Shown one piece after another: positions 53,053 to 64,000 of a stretch of DNA of 64,000 nt. The notes beneath the pieces are model-generated. The model searched no databases and was not told the origin of the DNA. It worked only from the letters and a program-made list of their open reading frames with translations. The DNA is from Perna viridis (lineage: Eukaryota): positions 44,893,743 through 44,957,742 of the forward strand of contig CM074515.1 of assembly GCA_037379345.1 (NCBI GenBank). Reading direction: 5' to 3'. The position numbers and the translations under genes were made by a program. Each line of letters begins with the position of its first letter. Position 1 is the stretch's first letter.

Positions 53053-56000
53053 TGACTTGTTGAGGGTAAGGTCTGAACAAGTGAAGCTGTAAACTGGTTT
53101 AGTAAGCTATAAATCTAATTTCTTGGTTCAACTGACAATCAATCCACACCACTACTCCCATCTCACCCCCCAAAAAATATGGTAACACGTCCCCAGATTC
53201 AGAAATATTTGTTTGGTTTCGAGATATGTTGGATATGACTGGTTCCACTGTAAATGACAACCAATCCAGTTTGATATACAGTTAAACCTGTCTGAACTGA
53301 ACCAATTGTTCCATTTTCTAAGGTAGGTTTTTATGTTGACACTGGTTCAAACTACATTAAAGCTGTATTGAGGGTTTTCACGGATATCTGGTTTATACAG
53401 GTGTCTGCTTTATTTAGGGTTATAAGACATTTTTTTTTCAGGTTTTGAATTTCCTTCATGAAAGGATTAAATCAGTCTGTACTTTATTTAAGTGTAAGAC
53501 CATAGGTCAATTGGTCTGACTCGTAGCTCAGACAGAAACCTTTCTAACTTTACATATATACTATTGAATCGTCTGTCTGTAATTGTTAAAATAGCAATAT
53601 ATAGTAGTTTGGCTGAATCGTTAGATAGAATTGTTTAGCCGCGATCACCTTAATGGACACCAGAAGTAATCAAATTTGTTAAATAATTGTAGAATTATTT
53701 ACTGAGGCCTGTCGAGCATATAGAATCATGCTCGTATCAAAGTAAATTTTTAATGGCTGTATTTTGTTTCGTGATAATAGGTCATAATGAAATCGCCACT
53801 CTACGTGACATCGACTCACAGCAATGACAATCAGCTAAACACTTAACTCCATTGCTATCCGACTGTCGTCTATTGAATTATCGTAAAGCTCTATTAGGAC
53901 AAAAGCAGTTTAAAGCATCTTCTGTACAGAAAGAATAGGATCATTCTCGCCGTAAATTGTTGTCTCTATCTTTGTCAACGATTCTATTTATTATTCATAG
54001 CTAATTTGTGGATGTCTTTAAGTCATCAGAAAGATTTTGTTAAGGATGACAAATTGCTTAAGATGGTTTTTAAGCTTTTATATGGGTTTGTTTTAATTTA
54101 AAGGAGATTATAATACTTGTGTTTTGAATTTCCTTATTTTACCAGATTTCTTTTGTAAGAGGCACTCCAAAGTACAAAAAAAAGATCAATTTAGTACAAT
54201 TAGAAAAATAGAACATTCATTCATTTGGTTTTTGTCAATCTTTTGTCAATTTTCCGCTATCTTGTCTTTTTACGCTCAAATGAGCTCTTGCATGAGGCAT
54301 TGTATTTAAGCAGGTAAAGGAAGTGGTCACTTAATCATCATTTATTGAAAAAGAAACCATAAATAAATGTCTGTCAATATGTTTATGAATATCAAAAAGG
54401 GAGATTTTAGGTTTTTAATGAAGATAAAACTACTTTAGGTATGGGAATCAGCTTCAACGTGAATTAATGAAGGTTTCGGTTTTATGTTCTGTGGTCTGTA
54501 GCACAGTTTATTTTAGTTTGAGTCATCAGATAAACCAACTTCATAGGTTTATATGACATAATACAGGAAGTTGTAATATCTGGTTGATACTTTGTTCCTA
54601 TATTTGAATGTTCATTTTTGAGTTTAAAGTTTTCAGGTAGGATGTATATATAGTTTGCTTATTGCCTAAAACAGGAATGTCTCGTAACAATAAGATCTCA
54701 CATTATTTCAGTGCATATGAAAATTTTTTTAATATTAATTTATCTTTAACTGGTATTTGTTAGTGGAATTATGCTTTGTAATCTTTTACTTCTGACCAAT
54801 GAAAAGTTTTCTTTTATAGCTGGTGTTACAATGTTAAAGATGAAAACAGTTATGGTGGATACATAATATATGATTCCATCTGAATTTGTTCAGTGGATAG
54901 TTCTTCCCATAGCTACTTGGAAATTAATAAGTTTCATATTCAACTTTGCTTCAAATAAATTGTAATACTCCTTTCAATAAATTTTGAAATTAAAGAAAAG
55001 TACCTTCCCCAATTTTGTGCACAATACACAATATGTACAATTTCTTGACAGGAAATAGTAAAACAATATGTTCTGTTTGATAAAATTTCCTTTCATAAAA
55101 TCATCTTTATTGAATAATTTATTTGTAAATGATGAAAAATAAATATTGCCGATTTTATCAGATTGTATAAGCAGGAAACTATACTTCAGTGCACTCTGTT
55201 AGAGTTTCTATATCGCCTTATCCTGCCAAGTTTGAATTCATAAATCTCTTATTATGTGAAGAAAATTGCAGGTAAACTTACATATGGTTTTATCATAAAC
55301 AACAACTGCTACAATTCAGGTAATATCAAAGGTCAGAGGTTAAGTGCACTTTAAGATCCTTGCATAAAAGTGAAGCTTTATTTAATTTTATGATTTGTGT
55401 CTGTCAGTCTGTCTGTTTATTTCTTTGTTGTATTTATTGCTAAGCAGTTTGTCAAAATGTCACTTATTATTAAAAGAAATTTGTCAGGTCAAAATAGTGC
55501 ATGTGATAGAAAATTATACCTTGATAGTTTTTACAGGTCACACAATAACATGAAAACCATGTTATCCTTGAATGCTATTGAAATTATCCATTCTTTTATA
55601 TGTTTACCAAGTGTAAATCTCTCTTTCAATAATTTTATATGATTTCAATAAATGTAAAAATCACAAATTGGAGAGAAATATTGCATGAGAGCACACCCAC
55701 CGGTTGAATGGTTACATTGACTTGTCTGAAAACCAAAAGCAAACTTTCAATATTTTAACAATTACTCAATTATTGAATGTAATTTGAAAAGCCATATGTT
55801 ACAGTCCTATAGCCTTTACTAAGTCAACATATACTTAATAATAAGCTTGGTTTGTGACTGAAGAATAGGAATCAATAAAAGGGGGGTAACTCTATTTTAT
55901 CTGTATCATTTTTTTTTTACATTTGACATGCTTACCTGATGTGCTTAAGAAAATAATAACATTGAAATATCTGTAGCCTTATACTATGTAAAGTTTTTGA

Positions 56001-59000
56001 ATTTATTCTTTTATAAAAAGTTTAATTCATAACCACAAGTTGCACCAATTATGTCTAAGTATGTTGTACATGTATTTACTAAATAAAATAGGTTTTTTAT
56101 ACATTTACTGCATTATTTACTGAAAAGAATGCAGGTACTGTAATTCAGATTCGTATTTAAATTAATGATGTAAAAATGTCGTTTTTTTTCTTAAATCAGC
56201 CATGGTTTTTGACACAGTGGACATGTGAATAGCCTTGACGTCTGACAATTCTCAGTTGCAATTATTGTTACTAGGACAGTCTCCCCAATTGCCAGGATGT
56301 CTGTACTACACATGTTTACACAGTGTCTTTAATTTTTATTGTTTAAAAATCAGTGTTATTTTTCCATGATTTGGACTAATTTACATATACATACGAGCAA
56401 TATTTGCTGATAGCTTGATGTCTTTTCCCAATATTTGTATGTTTGGGCTGCAACAGCTGGTCAGTATTTGTCACATTAGAATGACGTTGATCTAATTCAA
56501 AAGTAACCTTAGATTCTTTTGATCTGCTTCAATTATCTCCAATGGGATGAGCTGTCATTTATACCTAAAATTTATAATTTGAGTGATATATCAATGAATT
56601 TGTAATTCTTGGAGATTGAACTTCGAATTTTCATAAGAATTGGAATTTATATACAAAATTAGAGTTCAGGTAAATTTATGAACATGCTTTTTATTTTTAC
56701 TGTATGTATTTTTCTTAACTTCTTAAGATGTTACTCAGAGATAGTCCATTCTCTTGGGAATATCTGGCAATATGTAGTGGCAGACTGTTTCCCAACACTT
56801 GTCCTTGTCATGTTACAATGCCAACTTTAATTAATCTGCTGTGTCTTGACTTAAGAAAGGAACATACCTCTCATGTCCTTTATCTGTATACACAAAATTA
56901 ACAAAGTTTTCTACAAAAAGTGGGGGGGGGGTTGCACATGGATCTGCCACTGCCTAATTTTAAATTATTGGTACAAGCAGGAGGGACATAGGACCTTGAC
57001 AACAGCCATTCCTGTCCTTACCTGATCTTTTTGATTCTCCCCACATGACTAGCTACTAAGATGATATTAGCCTGGTAACCTCTGTTTATCATATACAGAA
57101 ATTTCTCCAGGAACACCACTTGATTCAGACTGGTCTATTCTCTCTGGAATTCCATTAACAGTTTGTTTAAGTAGTTGTATTTTTCTGATGGCTATCTCAC
57201 CAGATCTTGTTAAGATGTATTTTATTGACAATAACAAAATATAGACAATTTCCAGTCCTATTACTTAGCTCAGACTCTGGAGAAAACTATCTTTTTTATG
57301 GAACAGTTTTCATACTTTCCAACAAGTTTATCTTGATGACAAAAAATGTAATGTAAATTTGCTATGTGCTTTTTTTAAAGTGATTTTGTTCTTTTGGACC
57401 AAAATGTGAGAAAAAAAGATCACCAATAAAAATATGGTTATTATATGGTGTACATTTTTTTCAGCTTTATAATTTTTGCAGCATTCATAGGAAGACGTTG
57501 TTTTATGAGTGATTTGGTCTCGCTGCCTAATGTTTTTATTATCATGCTTCAACTGTGATACTTAAGTACCAGTCCATGTAAAATTCAGATACTGCCAGTG
57601 GTAGAGTTGATTCATGGTGTAGAAAAATCTTCTGAACAAACAATGTTTTTTTTCCGTCTGCATTTGCCACATTTTCAAGCAATGAGAGTTCATTCTATAT
57701 TCAGATCAGTATTTTTAAGAATACCATACATTTTTCTCCCACTAAATGCAACCAAATCAAACCAAATCAAGAACCATAACTCTTTCTCAAAGTGCAACAA
57801 CCAAATGACAAACTATGAGTGGTAATATGGTCTGTAATTAAAAATAAAAGTAAATTTGATGGGTTTTTGACATACATGAATCACCTCTTGTCTGAATTTT
57901 GTATTAACTGGTTCTTAAAAAATAGGCAATTTCAAACAGCAATTTATATCAAATCAACTGTGATAATGTAGATGGATAGAATATAACCATTTTGAAAATC
58001 ATTACGAGAACATCACATCTTGTTATTAAAGTAAATTCAGGAATCATTGTGTGCATTGCTAATTGCAATTTTAGCCAAAAATATATTTTTATTTTTTGCA
58101 ATGCCATGAATTACACCCAGCAATGATGTCTAAAATTCCATAATATGAATTTTTCATTGCAAATTTAGTAGCATTTAATGCTATAATTCATACATATGAT
58201 TGTTTTTGGTTATAGAAATAATAACTAATTGAAATCGTGGTTTTACATAAATGGCTCTATCTCTGTACCAGTAAGTTTTTCAAAAATTTTATTAACAAAA
58301 CACAAATAGCAATTAAATACAAGTAAACTTTATTGGCATAAAAAAAACATTTTGATGTTTGTGACGTCAACAAAATATTAAACAAAGGAAGAAAATAGTA
58401 GGGTAAACAGCTCATTTAAATCATGCATTTAATATACGAAGCAAATTTTTTGTCCTCACAATTCTGATGACGTTTTCAAATAGGAGTCAATCATTATGAA
58501 ATAGGTAAGGACTGAAAAAAAAAAAACCAAAATTTTGTACATTATGTATATTTGAGAAATTGAAAATTCATATATATTTTGTATTTTTAAACCAGTCCCC
58601 TTTAATATTTTTTATTCATAATGCTTTTTAGAATTAAATGTGCCTCATCTTCTTTGTCCCTGCAAATTTTGCAAAGTCTATCTATTTTAAATATTTACCA
58701 ATGAGTAGTGTAATTCACCCAGGGAATGCTCTTTATGGCTTCCAGACTTCAACTTGGCATCTCCTGCCTCTATAAATTTGATGTTGAATTTTATTAACAA
58801 TGAAATTTTCTATTTACAGAGCAGTGTGAAGTTGATTTTTTGGGTGGAATTGGGTTACCTTACATATATACCGGTAAGTCCTTTGTTCTATGATTTTCTT
58901 ATAAAGATTTTTCATCTTGACCCTAATGAGTTGACCTCTTGGCTTGTGTATGGTAGTCAATTACATGTATTTCCTTCCCCTGTCCTTAAGGTCCCCTTAA

Positions 59001-60454
59001 CATCTAGTTAGCGGTGTAATTTATCAATGTTTTGAGCATGCTTAGTTAAATTGTAATCTCCACAGGTCATTTTGGGACAACATTCTATTATAACTCTTCA
59101 ACAGTTTTTCCATTTAATAGATTAAGGTGTCTGTTTTCTGGTCATTTCCTGGTCAAGAACTTAATTTTCTGCTCCCACTGGACAATAGATTGAAGAAGAA
59201 ATACATTTGGATGTAAAGGAAACAAATGGAAAAACTGGTTAATTGTCACTTTGTGCCAACAGTGAGATTTCATATTAGATTTAGAGCTGTCCATGTGGAG
59301 AATATTGAATTTCACAGACTGTAACTAGAATTAGAAAAAATAGAATTTGGAGTTGGAAGGACTAAATGAGATTTTTTGCATTTTTTTCTGTCTTGTAGCT
59401 AGTCTCTATCAATATTAAAACTGCTTTTTTGAAGACTATTATATTTCACAGCTCTACAGTTATCAAATTAACCAAGTTTCAGTTGATAGAAAAATATTAG
59501 GGTTTGTTGGTATTTTTTTTTCTGAGGAAGTTATATTGGCTGTGTCCAGGGGCAACTTCCTAGCAATATTGTAGAAATTGAATTTTCCATTCCATGGCAA
59601 ACAATCTGAAATCTTCTATTTTCTGCATTTCATTAATAACTGTTTGACAAATCAATTCTGGTTATGACACTGAATTACTTTGCTGTTAGGAATGTATGTA
59701 CATTGAGCAATTACTCATTTTTTGGCCGATTTAGATTGCAATTTTGGATAATGAAAAAAGTGCATTTTTTCGTATAAAAGCAAATTTTGATCAATATTAT
59801 AAAGATTTATTCTTGTGTTTATTATTCAAATGCTTAAGATATCAAATAGCTTACTTTTCGTCACAATACCATGTTTCTCAATTAGTCTCCAATTATCAAA
59901 TAAAATAGCACATGGTAATTTCTGATATTTTCTTTCTGAAAGGAGCCGAATTATCCCCAATTGTTTACTTTCAAATGCTGTCTATTTGGTTGCCATTAGT
60001 GCAATGGGCCATACAAGAAATATGGGGAAATTTTAGTGTCATTGTTTTTGTACTCAGCAAGGAATTAAATGGATTTGAAGGTTTAGAAATATGGCCTTCC
60101 TTCCCTTTTATTTTTATTGCCTGTCATCACAGTTTGAGGGAATAAGGAAATTCCTGCCTGTGACGCCATACATTCATCCATGTCTGTCTGCTGGCAATTT
60201 TTTGCTTAAACCGATGCCTCAGTTCATCATGTCATAATGACTAAGATTCACATGTAGATAATGGAAATATATTTAAAAAATGAATTTATAGTTCTGACTA
60301 AAATGTGGTTATATTGAAGCAAAGAGGATTGAACGCCCATGAGACAAAAACAAAACCTCTGCGAAAAAATATATGATGTAGGCACCATTGTAGCTTTCAT
60401 TGTGAATCTATGAGTTACACTTCACCAGTTAAGAGGGAGGGAGCAACAGTGATT

Positions 60455-60457
<3 letters not shown>

Positions 60458-60498
<41 letters not shown>
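60458..60498. repeat. (TA)n microsatellite
   Basis: About 20 units. Confidence 0.98.
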
Positions 60499-60500
<2 letters not shown>

Positions 60501-60519
60501 TTAACACAGGCACAGATTT

Positions 60520-60912
60520 TAAGTGTAAGTGTTTGTAAGAGTCCGGCAAAATGGGAAAAATCAGAAACATGCTTGTCAAAAACCAATGGATCTGAAAATA
60601 AAATATCACTCATGGATGCTTTCTCTGTTTGAAAAGACCATTATTTGATCTCTGCATCATTGGATTTGCTCAGAAATTTTTCAATAGAATCTTAGAAAAA
60701 TGAGGGTTTTTGGCAGAGTTTTCTGCTCTCGAAATGTTCATTTTCAGTGCATTTCAATGAAATTTTAACTCAATGGTCCAGCATGGTATGGAAAATTTTG
60801 TCTGTTTTTCTTGATTCTAATGTTGCAAAGAGTCACATTATACTATTAAAATAATGTTTTTTTTCATACTATGTTTCATCTACTGCCTGATTCTTACAGG
60901 GACTGACACTTA
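60520..60912 (+). mobile_element. About 400-bp TIR element (TAAGTGT termini), full copy
   Basis: taagtgtaagtgtttgtaagagtccggca ... tgcctgattcttacagggactgacactta; two other copies lie in this window. Confidence 0.85.
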
Positions 60913-63900
60913 TGTCTTGCATATTGCCATTGCTCCATACAACATCATTGTGGGTCAACACTAATAGTCATTATTTCAGTACAAATATCTCTTTCTCTCA
61001 TAGACAAAGCCTAACATCATTTTTGAACTTCACAACCACAACACACTGAAGACATCCAATATGACAAAGTACTCAAAATGACCAAAGTTGTGCATTAGAT
61101 GTTGTGGAAGATTTTTTGTTGCTGTATCAATTCTTGCTGAGATTTCTGTGCAGATCCTGGAACAAGAAGCCAAATTAAATTACATGCTTGACTGAATACA
61201 ATTGGATCATGATTGTAATCTCTCTCTGGTTATATTGACACAATCTAAAACCAATCTATAACAATTTTTATGAATGCCCATGTTGTAAATTGAATTCTTC
61301 ATACTGGTTCCAATTGATGATGAACAAACATGGTTGTCTGTCACAATAACCCGGTAATGGTTGGGCTTTAGTCTTACTGGAGGACCTCATGAGTTGAAAC
61401 CTTTACAAAGGAAGACAGTAGCTGTGTGATGTTTGAAACTTTTAAGTTCTAGAATTTAAAATCAAAAGGTCTGACACCATCATTGTTTAAGAATGTCAAG
61501 GTTTTCAGGGATCGTTAGTAGCTATGGGGTTTGTTCTGAGATAGAATTGCAAGGATTCCGTTCTTGAAGCCATGTCATTCATTTTAAGGATTGTTTAACC
61601 TTTAAAATTCTGTTGTCTTAAGCTTCTCAGATATCCTTTCATAAAACTATGCTTATTGTTTACCATAAGTTAAGGGTCATACCATGACCACGCACAAGTA
61701 TCTTTGCACAATGCTTCTGGTTTAACTCCGTTTGCATTAAATATCTTATTATTTTGTTCGATCCCAAAATATGTAAACAAATATCTGTGTTCTTGTTGAA
61801 TTTGTTTTTTAACATTTGTTCCTCAACATTGATTACTTTGTAAAAGTCATTTTTGTAGCAGTTCATCAATGTTCATCATTGATTAGTATAAAGTATTTCT
61901 AAATCTGTTGCTTACATCATCACGATACATGTGTCATCCCTGAATTTGGGTATCGTTAACACATGTGCAATCTATTTATAGGTTAGTATGGTCAATAAAC
62001 AATGCATTTACTTCTGATTTTATGACTTTTACTAAAAGAGAGTCAATAATGAAATATTGCAACAGAAAAAAATGTCCTAATAGTAAAACTGAAATATCAC
62101 AAATTTGATACTTTGTCATGGGGCTCTTTATAGCAAATTCAGAAATGATGCACAGGAAACGACAACAACCTGGGTTAACTTTTTTGGTAGTAAACTTGAC
62201 AAAGGGAATTTGAACTTTCTTAAATACCTATGCAATGATTGGAAGCTTTTAGGGGATACACATCATCTAAGGGAAATAACTCTGTAAAAATCTGCAAAAC
62301 ACTTTCTGTTGCCACATTCTGATATCAAACTTAAAGCATCTTAGTGATGAAAAGTTTAGTTGATGAAGCTACTAAACGTTCATTGAAATTATTCCCATGA
62401 AACATGTGGTCAAAATTTCTTGAAATTTATATATTTTGTTTCTTTTATCCAAGTAAACCACTGAATAAAATTTCAAGAAATTTAAACGGGCCAAATAAAT
62501 TTAAGAGAAGATGTTTGGTACCCCCTTTAAATCTCCATGTCTCAGTTATCCATTTAACCACCTAAAACAATTTATGAGCTTTTCATTTTAAAAGGAAGAC
62601 CAACTATCTCCTGAACATACTGTAATATATTCCTACAGTGAAATTCCTCTGGGAAATTGTAGATTATAAGGATGCTCTTTATTTAAAAAATATCAACAGA
62701 GTTAAATTGATACTTGAGACTATAATGAATTTTGTCCTTCTCTTGAAGATCTATATATGCCAATAAATTTGCTGAAAAATTGAATTTCACAGATGTAGAA
62801 ATTTAGCGGATGTTGAAATTCTCCAAGGTGCCTGAAGATATTTTTCCCTTAAATCCTTCAATCAAAAAACAGTATATCCTAATCAGTAGGGAAGTGTTTT
62901 TTTAACCTTTCATCAGAAATTCGTCTTTCTATTTACCCTTGTGTATTCTTTCCTAAATGAAATCTTAGAAATCAATTGCTTTTAATATTGTTCTAGCTCG
63001 CTTTGTATGATTGTAAAATATGGATATTGACAGTAAATGACATCTTACTTTAAAAAAGGGAACATTGGATTTTATACAGTGTTGGTTATTAGGCCTAATT
63101 GTTCCTATATTTCTGTCTTGACAATTATTGTACATTACTGTCAGTCTGTCTACATATTGTAGGATCACCATGTTTTATTGTACATAACGGTCCTTTTTTT
63201 CTGTCTATGCACAATTTTAAAGAAGATGGGTAATCATAACAAATCTTATATGAAATTTTTATGGTCATTAAGGAGGTAGACGTAGGGGAAGGGACACTAC
63301 TTTTACAAATCATTGGAATTTTTGTATTCACCTTTTTAGATCTATCACATGTAAGCATCAAAGTAACATGGACTGATTTCATGCTGATTCAAAGGAAAGC
63401 TTGAAAGAAAATTAAGTCTTCATGCATCTTGGCCTGATAACTAAAAATGCTTTGATAGATATTGATATATTTCTGGGTGTTAACATGATAAAATGCTCTT
63501 TCTACTAATGGAGAGTACAATATAGCCCCAATGATTTATTCTCCCATATTTGGTGGTTTTTAGTCCTTGACCTCATATTAACTCTGACCTTTAACCCATT
63601 AACCAAATACTGGAGTGGTGGGTACAAATAGTCCTGATATAGACAAATGGGAATGTCTAATTATCTGTCTATACAATATACCTCCCATGACAATAATAAA
63701 ATTTTCAAAATATTATTAATGTAGAACGCTTTTGTTATATAAACTAGAAACACATATAAAGTAATTTCATTACATTCTGCCAATAAAAAAATAATTATTA
63801 GCCAAATTTTCAAAATGTCATCAATTTTTTTCCAATTATGAATTTAATTTTCTTTATGATTGTGCAGCTGTGTGATATAATGTGTTATATAACTTCTGAT

Positions 63901-64000
63901 AAGGAAACAAGGAGAATTTTATAGCCATTGTTTCAGAAACCTCGCCTACAACAATCATTATGTAACAATGATAAATTCCCCTTGTTTTTTTCTTTTCTGG

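Noticed and set aside
41434-63382. Many 60-90 aa ORFs in the right half
   Set aside because: Low-complexity F/L/I/K-rich translations of AT-rich intron-like or MITE DNA, with no motifs.

Overview
AT-rich eukaryotic draft-assembly sequence with three N gaps. The repeat content looks like a mollusc, probably a bivalve (inference). I found no intact protein-coding gene. (1) Two divergently oriented, independently decayed, intronless-CDS copies of a secreted, bacterial-looking GH5 glycoside hydrolase (1638-2625 minus; 6768-7848 plus) flank a 38x17-bp minisatellite. (2) 8-24 kb is a graveyard of Penelope-like retroelements. One copy (20050-23100, minus) has the permuted GIY-YIG-before-RT layout of the Naiad clade, TGA codons at two conserved Cys positions, and a decayed SECIS-like hairpin after the ORF, so it is probably a selenocysteine-recoding retroelement. 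A second copy has a SECIS-like remnant at the same relative position. (3) There are LINE 3' ends, a tRNA-derived SINE, several MITE families and a possible decayed LRR/TLR-like gene. (4) CpG content drops sharply after about 40 kb, with plausible non-coding exons, suggesting the methylated body of a large plus-strand gene. All translations and alignments were done by eye and no database searches were run.
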